From Candidatus Paracaedimonas acanthamoebae (GTDB lineage: Bacteria; Pseudomonadota; Alphaproteobacteria; Caedimonadales; Caedimonadaceae): DNA of 32,000 nucleotides. The translations under genes were made by a program, and so were the position numbers. This document shows positions 1 through 9,133 of the stretch, piece by piece. Position 1 is the first letter of the stretch. Each line of letters starts with the position of its first letter. The notes below the pieces were generated by a model that had not been told where the DNA came from, ran no database searches, and saw only the letters and a program-made list of their open reading frames with translations. The stretch lies in contig CP008939.1 in NCBI GenBank assembly GCA_000743035.1, forward strand, positions 30,001-62,000, read 5' to 3'.

Positions 1-1734
1 GCTGAGTTATATAGTCCTGAATATGGAGAGCCTATGTATCTCTTAATGGATGCTGGTTCATCTGCTTATAAAAAAGAGCTTTTCTGCCAAGAATATTTTA
101 TGAGTAAAGCAGAAAAAATGATTTTAGAAGAAGGTGAGAAGGAAGCTACACTTAGTTCACCCCTACCCAGCTCTTCTTCCTCTTCTACCATTCCGCAAAG
201 TGTCCTCCGCCATCTTTCTCCAGGAGAATCACAAGCTTTAGGGAAAAAGCAAGTACAACAATATAAAAGTATCAAAGCCAGAATGATACAAAGCATAAGA
301 GATTCTCTAGGGGCTAGAAGAGATACAGCACCTATTAAGGTTATGACATTTTTTATCTCTCACCCTGACTCAGATCACTATAACCTAGCAGAAGATATTT
401 TTGAAAATGATGAAGATAAAATACATAATATTGTCTTAGGAGGGCTACCAGGAAAATATAGTTCATCATTCAGAGGTTGGCTCCAAAAACAGATTTCTAA
501 GAAAGAAGCAAGAGTCTATTTTCCCGCTCTTTTAACTCAACAACCTGTAGTGTTAATTGAAGATCTAGTTTCTGAGTCTCTTGCTGATATGAGCACACGC
601 ACTTATGCGCCTCAAATGTTCTCAGATCCTGAAGAAGGGTGGAAGCCTAAAGAGCATTTAAAAGAATTTGAGCAAGCCTTACCATTTGGCCCGCATATTA
701 AAACCTACCTTCTCTCTGTCAATCCAACCCATTGGCAAGAAGTTGGAAAAGAGAGGGTTCAGCGGTCTTGTCTTGAAGATGATGACAACAGTGACAGCTT
801 AGTTTTAAAGCTGCAAATTGGTGAGCACGCCATTATTATAACCGGTGATGCAACAAATATAACGACGGATCGTATTCTTGGAAACTATGAAGACAATCTT
901 GATTTTTTGAAGTGTACGATCCTCACAGCGGATCATCATGGCGCTAAAACGCATGGGAGTAATAATTTAAGATGGATAAAATCAGCGGCGCCTCAGCATG
1001 TTATTTTTAGTTGTGGCACAATGCATGGTCATCCCTCATTACAAGCTTATAACAATTTTAAGAAATCGTCTGCCCTTGCGGAGACTGAACCTCATGATAT
1101 TTGGGTATGGCAAGTCTCAGATAAAAAAGAAGAGGATGCCTTAAAATCACAGTCTAAGGGCCGAAAAGCCATTGTACATAAAACATACCACTCTCTCTTT
1201 TCTACATTTAATAGTGGGACGTTAAGCTTTACCCTCCCCATGCCAGGCGAGGTTAAGCTTGAAAGTCAACTTCTAAATTTAAAGTCAAAAGAATTAAGCC
1301 CTAAGAGAAAGTATACCTTATCTAAGGGAAAAGGAAAAAAACCAGGGTCTCTAGAAGAAGAGGTTGCAGAAATAATACTTGAGGAAGAAGAAATAGAAAA
1401 CCTTGAGCAATCTTTTAGCCTTGAAAGCCTCCAGCAGGCAACAGCATTCCAACCATCAACTTTATCTCCTTATCAAGCACCTCGTCATAGAGCTAAAAGT
1501 CACAAGAGGCTTGAGAAAGTTAAAGGAACAAAGAGAGAGTTTGAGCAAGCTCGTGACAGTATTAGCACTTTAAGTACTGAACGAAAGGGAAAAGATGCTT
1601 TAAAAGCCACAAGAGTTTCAAAAAAACGTCGTCTTGGAAAAGAGAAGATAGGAGAAGAGCCCGAAAAAGCCTCTGAAAAGAAACCCGCAAGAAAAAAAGG
1701 GCGTGTAAGAGGGAAAAAGGATAAGAATGATTAA
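1..1734 (+). CDS. Metallo-beta-lactamase-fold (ComEC/Rec2-like) domain protein with a Lys/Glu/Arg-rich basic C-terminal tail; the 5' end runs off the window
   Basis: Frame 1 is open from nt 1 (AELYSPEYGEP precedes the tracked Met at 34). Ordered MBL motifs are LLMDAGSS, SHPDSDHYN (an HxHxDH-type site with Asp replacing the second His), IIITGDA and TADHHGAKTHGS. The last ~150 aa are K/E/R low complexity with KKRR and KKPARKKGRVRGKK clusters. Confidence 0.6.
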   Translation, partial: AELYSPEYGEPMYLLMDAGSSAYKKELFCQEYFMSKAEKMILEEGEKEATLSSPLPSSSSSSTIPQSVLRHLSPGESQALGKKQVQQYKSIKARMIQSIRDSLGARRDTAPIKVMTFFISHPDSDHYNLAEDIFENDEDKIHNIVLGGLPGKYSSSFRGWLQKQISKKEARVYFPALLTQQPVVLIEDLVSESLADMSTRTYAPQMFSDPEEGWKPKEHLKEFEQALPFGPHIKTYLLSVNPTHWQEVGKERVQRSCLEDDDNSDSLVLKLQIGEHAIIITGDATNITTDRILGNYEDNLDFLKCTILTADHHGAKTHGSNNLRWIKSAAPQHVIFSCGTMHGHPSLQAYNNFKKSSALAETEPHDIWVWQVSDKKEEDALKSQSKGRKAIVHKTYHSLFSTFNSGTLSFTLPMPGEVKLESQLLNLKSKELSPKRKYTLSKGKGKKPGSLEEEVAEIILEEEEIENLEQSFSLESLQQATAFQPSTLSPYQAPRHRAKSHKRLEKVKGTKREFEQARDSISTLSTERKGKDALKATRVSKKRRLGKEKIGEEPEKASEKKPARKKGRVRGKKDKND

Positions 1735-1749
1735 GAAAGGATTTAATTT

Positions 1750-1792
1750 GCAAGAAGTGCTCAACTTTAAGGTTGAATAAAGCACTTCTTGC
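1750..1792. terminator. 12-bp inverted repeat between convergent genes, a likely bidirectional terminator hairpin
   Basis: GCAAGAAGTGCT (1750-1761) is the reverse complement of AGCACTTCTTGC (1781-1792). It lies between the stop at 1734 (+) and the stop at 1828 (-). No strong T-tract. Confidence 0.45.
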
Positions 1793-1827
1793 GAAACTTC
1801 TAATGTCTATTGATTTTAAAGAAACCT

Positions 1828-3375
1828 TTAATTTTTCTGATTTGGTAATTCACTCCCAATTTCTTTATTGAGGAAGGCTTCAACGGAAGCAGGTAATTCA
1901 CTAGGAGGAGCACCATATACTTTGAGGGCGTCTATATATTTTTCATCTGATAGGAGCGTTGCTAGGCTACAGTAAGACATTTCCCACCCTAAAGCACACC
2001 CTTGCTTAGCAGCCTCTAACGCTTCAGCTTTTAAGAACAAAGCTTTTTCTTTATCTTGGCTAAGCCTAGAAAGAGCTAACTTAAGGTTTGTTAAATATTC
2101 ATATCCATGAGGATCATGGAGTTCGCCAGCTTTTTTGAAATAATCACAAGCTTGATTTAGATCTAAGGAAGAAGTTTTTTGTAATTTTTCCATATCCAAG
2201 CGATGCAAACGATCCCCAGCTAGCTTAAATCCTAAACCTATGAAACCATAAGAAACCTTAGCTTGAGCAGCTTTTTCTAAGCACATTAAGGATTCTTCTT
2301 TTTGGCCATGCTTATCATACCAATACGCAAGGTCAATCCATGCCAAGGGATAGTCTTGTTCTATTGCTTTTTCTAAAATAAGCTTTTCTACTTCTTTTTG
2401 TTTTGCTTTTTGAGCATGCTCAGCAGCTTCTATATAAGCGGGCAAGTATCCTTGACGAGCTAAAGCCAAGAAAGCCTCAATAGGCGATCCTGTATATCCT
2501 CTTCTTGATGCTTTTAAGCCTAAAGCAGCACATTGGTTTTTAAGGTCGCTCCCTTTCTCATAAAGTTCAATAGCATTCATCTTAATGTAGTTATCTGATA
2601 GTGATGTCGGCAGGATATCTCCTTGCCCTAAAGCATAACAGACATCTGGTTTGTCTAAGCATTGCTCTAATTCACAGCATGCTTTTTGCATCATGCGGGT
2701 ATAAAAGTTAGGCTTATTGAGCTCTCTATCATTTTTAAGGTCATCATCGAAGCGATTTATCATCCATAAAATATGGGTGGTATAAAAAAGACCTAAGGAG
2801 TGCTGAAAGGAAGCTGCAAAGATACAGCCATGTAGAATATCTGAGCGTTGTAACAAATGTTCTGTATAAGGTGATCCCTGCCAGTCATGAAGTCGAGAAG
2901 CTGGAAAAAAGAGCTGGCCACCAATGATTTCTTTCCAGCTTTCTTGTGAAGGCCACTGCTCTGCCTTTATTTGTTGCCCTAAGGTATGCCAGACTTCTTC
3001 AGGATAGCGTAGCTTCCTAAAAGCTTTGTAGCTTTGGAAAAGATCCAACCTTGAAGCTGTTGAATAAGCTTCTTCAATGCTTCTTGTTAAGGACTCAATT
3101 TCTTTTTTAAGTTTAAGAAGGGGAGAGGGCTTAGGGCGCGATTTTGAAGATTGCTTTTTAAATTTTGAGGGCTTTTGCTTTTTATAATGATTGCTCATGT
3201 TTTGTTGGTTTTCTTTATCAGCTTCAGAGGAAATAGTCTTCCTTTTATTTAAAGGGATCGTTTTTGGTAGAGCAGATAAATCTTGCTCTTCAGCCATAGG
3301 GCTTGCGTGGCTCGGCAGAGCAGTTGAGAAAAAAAGAACAAGACTTATTATGGATGTGAAAACTTTATGCTTCAT
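1828..3375 (-). CDS. Secreted Sel1-like/TPR-family repeat protein
   Basis: 515-aa ORF with an N-terminal signal-like segment (MKHKVFTSIISLVLFFSTALPSHA). The C-terminal half has repeated A-x-x-W/Y-x-K-A-A/G helical-hairpin units (YWYDKHGQKEESLMCLEKAAQ, ACDYFKKAGELHDPHGYEYL, ALEAAKQGCALGW). Confidence 0.55.
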   Translation of the reverse strand: MKHKVFTSIISLVLFFSTALPSHASPMAEEQDLSALPKTIPLNKRKTISSEADKENQQNMSNHYKKQKPSKFKKQSSKSRPKPSPLLKLKKEIESLTRSIEEAYSTASRLDLFQSYKAFRKLRYPEEVWHTLGQQIKAEQWPSQESWKEIIGGQLFFPASRLHDWQGSPYTEHLLQRSDILHGCIFAASFQHSLGLFYTTHILWMINRFDDDLKNDRELNKPNFYTRMMQKACCELEQCLDKPDVCYALGQGDILPTSLSDNYIKMNAIELYEKGSDLKNQCAALGLKASRRGYTGSPIEAFLALARQGYLPAYIEAAEHAQKAKQKEVEKLILEKAIEQDYPLAWIDLAYWYDKHGQKEESLMCLEKAAQAKVSYGFIGLGFKLAGDRLHRLDMEKLQKTSSLDLNQACDYFKKAGELHDPHGYEYLTNLKLALSRLSQDKEKALFLKAEALEAAKQGCALGWEMSYCSLATLLSDEKYIDALKVYGAPPSELPASVEAFLNKEIGSELPNQKN

Positions 3376-3522
3376 TGCTATTACCTATTTTTGAATGAAA
3401 TAATTTCTACTTATAACTGCCAAAAAGACATATGGCAATTTAATATAATTTTTAATCAATTTTGAAGGAGTATGATACAGAACACTGGCTTTTGAGCAAA
3501 TAAGCATAGAGCTGGAAAAAAG

Positions 3523-4257
3523 GTGAATTTCAGTAGAGGTTGTTTGATGTCTCTCACTAAAGCGCCTAAGCGTCACCGGTTTTCTTTATCTATTATTAAT
3601 CAAGCCATATGGCATTCTCATCGTTTTAATAACAGCTACAGAGATATCCAAGAACAGATGACTTTTCGAGGAATTATCCTCAGTCATGAAACAATCCGAG
3701 AATGGTGCCATAAATTTGCTCATCACTTTTTAAATCTTATTAAGAAGCGAGAGAGGCAACCTCATGATAAATGGCATTTAGATGAAATGAATATTAAGAT
3801 TAATGGACAATGGTTTGTTCTTTGGCGAGCTGTTGATCGAGAAGGACTAGAGCTAGATGTTTTTCTTCAAAAACATCGGAATAAGAAATCAGCCATTAGA
3901 TTTCTCAGTCGATTATTAAGATCTTATCCAACCCCTAGATTAATTGTTACTGATAAGCTGAAAAGTTATATTAAGCCTGTACGCTTTATGTGTCCTAAGG
4001 TTGAGTATCGAAGGCATAAAAGACTCAACAATCGAGCTGAGAATGCTCATCAGCCAACACGGCGGAAAGAGAAGATTTTGATAAAGTTTAAGGCTCCTCA
4101 AGCAACTTAAAGATTATTGTCACTTATGGGAAAGGTAAGAAACCTATTTTCAGTAGAGGTTGGTCGATACAAGAAGAAAGCCTCTGACCAGCTCCTTGCT
4201 TTTTCTGCCGCCAAGGCCATTTGGCTCAAGGCGGCTCTGAAGATACTTGCTGCCTAA
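3523..4257 (+). pseudogene. IS6-family DDE transposase (second lineage) interrupted by an in-frame TAA
   Basis: KRHRFSLSIINQAIWHSHRFNNSYRDIQEQM...HETIREWCHKF...WHLDEMNIKINGQWFVLWRAVD...VTDKLKSY is the IS6-type layout. An in-frame TAA sits at 4108-4110. The same frame then continues (RLLSLMGKVRNLFSVEVGRY...) to the TAA at 4255-4257. Confidence 0.6.
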
Positions 4258-4635
4258 AATAGGCTAAGCTCTTGCCTATTTACAAATCACTCCACTTAAG
4301 TTGACGGAGCCCTTTCATAGGCAGCTTGGTAAATTTGATCTCGGTCTTATAAATCAATTACGTTTAATAGACCAAGATGAGAGAGAATTACAGTACATAA
4401 TATTCCAAGAGTAAGCTTAGTCATTTATAATCTCTGTAATAATAGCATATTTTATGTATAATTATTAAATATATAAATTTAAGAAATAACTTTTACTGGC
4501 ATAAAAATAAAAAATATTACAATATATATACTATTTATTAATAATAAATATCAATAATAAGATTATTATAGGTTATTAAATATTAGTTAGACTAACTTAT
4601 AATATTTTCAATCATAAATAAAAATGGAGGTTTTT

Positions 4636-4902
4636 ATGTCTTTAAAGAAAATTTTAATTTCATCTTTTTCACTCGCAGCCATCGGTGCTTTTAATAATTA
4701 TAGTTTTGCTACAAATCCTCAAGACCAAGGATCGATCGATGAAATGAAAGCTCATATAGAACATGAGGTAGGAAAAATGCAAGCAGACATGCCTCGGATA
4801 CATCAAGAAGCTCATGAATTGGCTCAGAATACTGCTACATTTAAACCTAGGCCTTCTTCAAACAAGTCAACTGAGTCGAGTGATTCCTCAAAAAGAAAAT
4901 AA
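4636..4902 (+). CDS. Small secreted protein, unknown function
   Basis: GGAGG at 4626-4630 lies 5 nt before the ATG at 4636. The N-terminus MSLKKILISSFSLAAIGAFNNYSFA is signal-like. The gene is preceded by ~300 bp of very AT-rich DNA. Confidence 0.45.
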   Translation: MSLKKILISSFSLAAIGAFNNYSFATNPQDQGSIDEMKAHIEHEVGKMQADMPRIHQEAHELAQNTATFKPRPSSNKSTESSDSSKRK

Positions 4903-5017
4903 GCCTGTCTTCACATTTGTTGAGGTTAGAGTTAGTTTTGGATAAATGTTTGCTGAATACTATATATTTGTCCAAAGCGGCTCTCTTACTTTAAAGAGAA
5001 GTATTGCAAATTTATTT

Positions 5018-5553
5018 CTGTTGCAACTTTGAGCTAAGATTACAATTAAGCTAAGGAAATACAGACCTTTTTAAATTTTGGACATAGTTGGGGTGTAGAT
5101 ATTAAAAATCCGATGAATAAAATAAATCTGATCATGAATGCTTCCTGCAAAGAAACAGGATTGTTTTTTAACGATCATATTCATCGCCTCTATCCCTTTT
5201 ATGACTCTTTTAGCCGAGACTAAGCTTTTAAATCCCATCATCGGTCTTGTTCTTCTTTTTATTCTTCTGTGATCTGATTCTATAACGTTGTTGAGGTACT
5301 GATGCTGACGGTGCTCAACATGGGATTTAAGAAGCTTTTCTTTCTTTAAGGCTTGGATAGCTGGAGCATAACAAGGGTGTTTATCTGTTGTAACCTTGAG
5401 AGGTCTCTCATTAACTCTCGTTTTCTTAAAAGCATTCTTAAGGAATCGGTAGGCCGCTTGATAATTCCTTGTACTTGAGAGCATGAAGTCTAGGGTGCCT
5501 CCGTTCTTATCGATAGCACCATAAAGATACTTCCATTCTCCCTTGACTCTCAA
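5018..5553 (-). mobile_element. IS6-like element fragment: terminal repeat plus the C-terminal two-thirds of the transposase, 5'-truncated
   Basis: End sequence CTGTTGCAACTTTGAGCTAAG at 5018-5038. ORF 5071-5553 (RVKGEWKYLYGAIDKNGGTLDFMLS...TDKHPCYAPA...YLNNVIESDHRRIKRR) is the catalytic part of an IS6-type DDE transposase. It lacks the N-terminal HTH and a real start codon. Confidence 0.75.
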
Positions 5554-5585
5554 ATCCTTAAAAATTTTAACACAGTGTTAAAACC
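5551..5585. repeat. Tn3-family-like terminal repeat remnant (shortened copy)
   Basis: The reverse complement reads GGTTTTAACACTGTGTTAAAATTTTTAAGGATTTG. It is related to the copies at 10043 and 19455 and abuts the IS6-like LRVKG codons exactly as the 19408-19455 copy does. Confidence 0.35.
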
Positions 5586-5599
5586 TTTAATACTAGGTG

Positions 5600-5630
5600 T
5601 TGACACTTTTCAGCAATCACGTGCTATAGA
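5600..5630 (+). promoter_or_regulatory. Candidate sigma70-type promoter for the riboswitch-nrdAB transcript
   Basis: TTGACA at 5600-5605. Extended -10-like TGcTATAGA at 5622-5630 (19-bp spacer to TATAGA). It lies just upstream of the riboswitch aptamer. Confidence 0.3.
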
Positions 5631-5635
5631 TGAGA

Positions 5636-5856
5636 TGTCTGGTGCTTTGCGACTAAAACTTGAGAAGCTTAAAAGGGAATCCGGTGCGAAATAATAACTT
5701 TTATTCCGGAGCTGCCTCCGCAACTGTAAACGGCGAATGTTTCATTCAATATGCCACTGAAGCAATCTGCTTTGGGAAGGTCGAATGAAATGTAATGACC
5801 CGTAAGTCAGGAGACCTGCCGACAAACTAATAACAAACATCGGGCGGGGTGCACCG
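5636..5856 (+). promoter_or_regulatory. Cobalamin (B12) riboswitch
   Basis: Conserved core blocks appear in canonical order: AAAAGGGAATCCGGTGCGAAA (5671-5691), CCGGAGCTGCCTCCGCAACTGTAA (5706-5729), GCCACTG (5753-5759), GGGAAGG (5774-5780) and the B12 box AGTCAGGAGACCTGCC (5805-5820). A possible P1 pairs GGTGC (5641-5645) with GCACC (5851-5855). Confidence 0.8.
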
Positions 5857-5928
5857 GTTGAGAGTACTGAATACACTTTTGTATTCCTGGTTTTCGGCCA
5901 CCTGCTCTCTACACAAAGAGAGGGTATT

Positions 5929-7854
5929 ATGCTGACAAAAGCATACGATTTTGACCTTAATGGTCATCTGATTAGCTACGATCCTACGCGTAGAATTATT
6001 CCATTTCCTGAAACACAAGAACAGAAGCCACTTTATCGTAAATCAGCAGAGCCACCAATTAAAAAGGCTAAAGTGGAAATTTCGCAACTAACGCTTGATT
6101 ATAAGCGTGATGCCCTCTTAACCAATTTTGGTAAAGCGACCCTTGATGATCGTTACTTACTGGAAGGCGAGAATTATCAGCAGATGTTTGCGCGTGTGGC
6201 ATGCACGTATACCAATAATGTTCAGCATGCACAACGACTGTATGATTACATTTCTCGTCTATGGTTTATGCCTGCAACACCAATCCTTTCTAATGGTGGT
6301 GCTAAACGAGGTTTGCCGATTTCCTGTTTTCTCAATACTGTAAGTGATTCATTGGATGGCATTGTTACAACTTGGAATGAAAATGTATTGTTAGCTTCTA
6401 ATGGTGGAGGAGTAGGAACTTATTGGGGATTTGTGCGCGGTGTGGGAGAATCAGTAGGCCGTGCTGGGAAGACATCAGGGATTATTCCTTTTATTCGCGT
6501 CATGGATTCTTTAACATTGGCAATTGCACAAGGAAGCCTACGTCGTGGCTCAGCAGCGGTATATCTTGATATTCATCATCCAGAAATCGAGGAGTTCTTA
6601 GAAATCCGTAAGCCTTCAGGTGATTTCAACCGCAAAAGCTTGAACCTACATCATGGTATTAATATTACCGATGAATTCATGGAAGCTGTAAAGCATGATA
6701 CAGAATTCGGTCTACGAAGTCCGAAATCTCAAGAAGTACTGCGCAAGGTCAACGCCCGCCAGCTTTTCCAGAAAATTGTGGAAATGCGCCTGCAAACTGG
6801 TGAACCCTATTTAATTTATATCGATACAGCTAATAAATCCATGCCTAAACATCAGCGCGAGTTGGGACTCAAAGTACGCATGAGCAATTTGTGCAGTGAA
6901 ATCTTGTTACCTACCGGCCCGGATCATTTAGGCAATGATCGCACCGCTGTTTGCTGTCTTTCATCGCTTAATGCTGAGACCTGGGATGAATGGTGCAATA
7001 ACGAAATGATTATAGAGGATGTACTACGGTTTCTCGATAATGTACTGCAAGAGTTCATTGATACTGCCCCTGATGGCATGGCACGTGCTAAATATGCCGC
7101 CATGCGCGAGCGCTCTGTTGGGTTAGGTTTAATGGGGTTTCATTCTTTCTTACAAAGTAAGGGTATTCAGTTTGAAAGCGCAATGGCTAAAAGCTGGAAT
7201 TTAAAGATATTTCGCCATATTCGCCGCTTAGCTGATGCTGCATCAGTCACATTGGCTGAGGAACGCGGCGCTTGTCCGGATGCAGCTGAGCGTAATATTA
7301 ATGCGCGTTTTAGCCATAAACTTGCCATTGCGCCTACAGCCTCAATCAGTATCATCTGTGGTGGCACAAGTGCTTGCATTGAACCAATCCCAGCGAATAT
7401 CTATAATCATAAAACGTTAGCTGGGAACTTTGTAGTCAAGAATGTCTACCTTGAGAGATTGCTAGAGCAAAAAGGTATTAATAATGATGCCATTTGGCAA
7501 TCAATTGTTGAAAATGAAGGCTCAGTACAACACCTTATACAACTTTCACAAGATGAAAAAGATGTATATAAAACGGCTTTTGAGATTGATCAACGTTGGG
7601 TAGTAGAATTGGCAGGAGATCGTACTCCATATATTTGCCAGGGACAGTCTATCAACCTGTTTTTGCCTGCCGATGCTGATAAATGGGATTTGCTTATGTT
7701 GCATTGGATGGCATGGGAGAAAGGCGTAAAAAGTCTTTATTATTGTCGCTCTAAGTCTATTCAACGTGCAGAATATGCGGGGGGTGAAGGTAAAGAAACC
7801 AAGCAACTTAAAACAAAACGTACTGACTATGAGGAGTGTTTAGCATGTCAGTAA
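5929..7854 (+). CDS. nrdA: Ribonucleotide-diphosphate reductase alpha subunit, class I, without an N-terminal ATP-cone
   Basis: 641 aa. Motifs include PISCFL, the catalytic NLCSEILLP, TAVCCLSSLN and a C-terminal redox pair (CLACQ). The N-terminal ~60 aa show no VxKRDG-type ATP-cone signature. Confidence 0.9.
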   Translation: MLTKAYDFDLNGHLISYDPTRRIIPFPETQEQKPLYRKSAEPPIKKAKVEISQLTLDYKRDALLTNFGKATLDDRYLLEGENYQQMFARVACTYTNNVQHAQRLYDYISRLWFMPATPILSNGGAKRGLPISCFLNTVSDSLDGIVTTWNENVLLASNGGGVGTYWGFVRGVGESVGRAGKTSGIIPFIRVMDSLTLAIAQGSLRRGSAAVYLDIHHPEIEEFLEIRKPSGDFNRKSLNLHHGINITDEFMEAVKHDTEFGLRSPKSQEVLRKVNARQLFQKIVEMRLQTGEPYLIYIDTANKSMPKHQRELGLKVRMSNLCSEILLPTGPDHLGNDRTAVCCLSSLNAETWDEWCNNEMIIEDVLRFLDNVLQEFIDTAPDGMARAKYAAMRERSVGLGLMGFHSFLQSKGIQFESAMAKSWNLKIFRHIRRLADAASVTLAEERGACPDAAERNINARFSHKLAIAPTASISIICGGTSACIEPIPANIYNHKTLAGNFVVKNVYLERLLEQKGINNDAIWQSIVENEGSVQHLIQLSQDEKDVYKTAFEIDQRWVVELAGDRTPYICQGQSINLFLPADADKWDLLMLHWMAWEKGVKSLYYCRSKSIQRAEYAGGEGKETKQLKTKRTDYEECLACQ

Positions 7855-8933
7855 ATTATTCCAATCAAGATCCTCGCAAACTTCAGGGCAAAGGTATTGT
7901 TGGACTGCTTGAAACATCTGGCTCATATAACATCGAACGCTACCCTTGGGCATATTCAGCATGGAAGCGCCAGCAACAAATTCATTGGATGGGTGAAGAG
8001 GTCCCGCTGGGAGAAGATATTAAAGATTGGAATGGAAAGGACCTTACTGAAAGTGAACGTAATTTACTTACGCAGATTTTTCGCTTTTTTACTCAATCTG
8101 ATATTGAGGTGAGTGATAATTACTTTAAGCGTTACATTCCTATTTTTCAGCCGCTAGAAGTGCAAATGATGATGGCAGCATTCACTAATATGGAAACTGT
8201 GCATATTGATGCATATGCATTATTACTTAAAACGCTGGGTATGCCGCAAGTTGAGTTTGAAGTCTTTCATAATTATGCTGCAATGCGTGCAAAAGCAGAT
8301 TATATGAAAACCTTTGGTATAGGTACTTGCTCTGATGTGGCGCGCACACTTGCCATGTTTGGGGCATTTACAGAAGGTATGTCCTTATTCGCTAGTTTTG
8401 CGATGTTGATGAATTTCCCACGTTTTAATAAAATGAAGGGTATGGGGCAGATCGTTTCATGGTCAGTGCGTGATGAATCACTCCATTGTGAATCAGTTAT
8501 TCGCCTATATCATGAGTGGGAAAATGAAACTGGGTCAGTCACAAAATCGGTTGCTGCTGATATTACAGATGTTGGTAAAATGATGGTAGGGCTGGAAGAC
8601 AAGTTTATTGAACTTGCTTTTGAACTAGGAGGTATTGAGGGCATGGCGGCAAAAGATATTCAATCTTATGTGAGATACATTGCCGATTGGCGACTTACAC
8701 AACTTAAGCTCACACCATGCTATGGTTATTTTACCGGCACAGCAGGTGAATATAAGCAAACAAAAGAACACCCTCTTCCATGGTTAAGTGCTATGCTCAA
8801 CGGCGTAGAACATGCCAATTTTTTTGAAGCCCGCGCAACAGAGTATTCCAAGGCAGCAACAAAAGGTGAATGGCATGGTGATGATGGCGTATGGGCAGTA
8901 TTTGACAGCTTGCAGAAAAAAGATGCCGCATAG
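7845..8933 (+). CDS. nrdB: Ribonucleotide-diphosphate reductase beta subunit (radical tyrosine present)
   Basis: Metal and radical motif METVHIDAY (ExxH...Y) plus SLFASFAMLMNF and RDESLHCE. Preferred start is the ATG at 7845, 8 nt after GAGGAG (7831-7836), overlapping the nrdA stop. The ORF track starts at GTG 7836. Confidence 0.9.
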   Translation: MSVNYSNQDPRKLQGKGIVGLLETSGSYNIERYPWAYSAWKRQQQIHWMGEEVPLGEDIKDWNGKDLTESERNLLTQIFRFFTQSDIEVSDNYFKRYIPIFQPLEVQMMMAAFTNMETVHIDAYALLLKTLGMPQVEFEVFHNYAAMRAKADYMKTFGIGTCSDVARTLAMFGAFTEGMSLFASFAMLMNFPRFNKMKGMGQIVSWSVRDESLHCESVIRLYHEWENETGSVTKSVAADITDVGKMMVGLEDKFIELAFELGGIEGMAAKDIQSYVRYIADWRLTQLKLTPCYGYFTGTAGEYKQTKEHPLPWLSAMLNGVEHANFFEARATEYSKAATKGEWHGDDGVWAVFDSLQKKDAA

Positions 8934-9030
8934 TGTTTAGAAAATTTCTGGGATTATTATTTTAAAAGTAGATTTAAGGAAAATAAGCAAGAAGAAAAAA
9001 ATATGAATCATAAATTTAATTTCTTTGATT

Positions 9031-9084
9031 GGTTCTGTTGCGAGTTTGAGGTAAGGTTAGAATTAAGCTAAGGAAATATAGATC
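9031..9084. repeat. Solo IS6-like right-end remnant
   Basis: GGTTCTGTTGCGAGTTTGAGGTAAGGTTAGAATTAAGCTAAGGAAATATAGATC parallels the element end at 5018-5070. Confidence 0.5.
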
Positions 9085-9133
9085 TTATTATCTATTTGAT
9101 ATACTTTATAAAAATAATAATGAAAGCCATAAT

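Noticed and set aside
3527-4165. Direct repeat TTCAGTAGAGGTTG at 3529 and 4150 around the second-lineage IS6-like pseudogene
   Set aside because: The copies are direct and not inverted, and both fall inside the transposase reading frame. I could not find matching terminal inverted repeats for this element, so its boundaries remain undefined.
4347-4424. 25-codon hydrophobic minus-strand ORF (MTKLTLGILCTVILSHLGLLNVIDL) resembling a type I toxin peptide
   Set aside because: It has no recognisable SD, promoter or antisense partner. It lies in degenerate IS-flanking DNA, where short hydrophobic ORFs arise easily by chance.
4430-4620. Extremely AT-rich, repetitive-looking stretch that might be mistaken for a repeat array or CRISPR
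   Set aside because: It has no regularly spaced direct repeats of constant length and is only low-complexity A/T runs. It is more consistent with a promoter or curved-DNA region upstream of the small secreted protein gene. No CRISPR array, tRNA or rRNA was seen anywhere in the window.
8170-8215. Possibility that NrdB is a class Ic (Chlamydia-type, Phe in place of the radical Tyr) protein
   Set aside because: The motif reads ETVHIDAY, with Tyr at the radical position, so an ordinary tyrosyl-radical R2 is the simplest reading.
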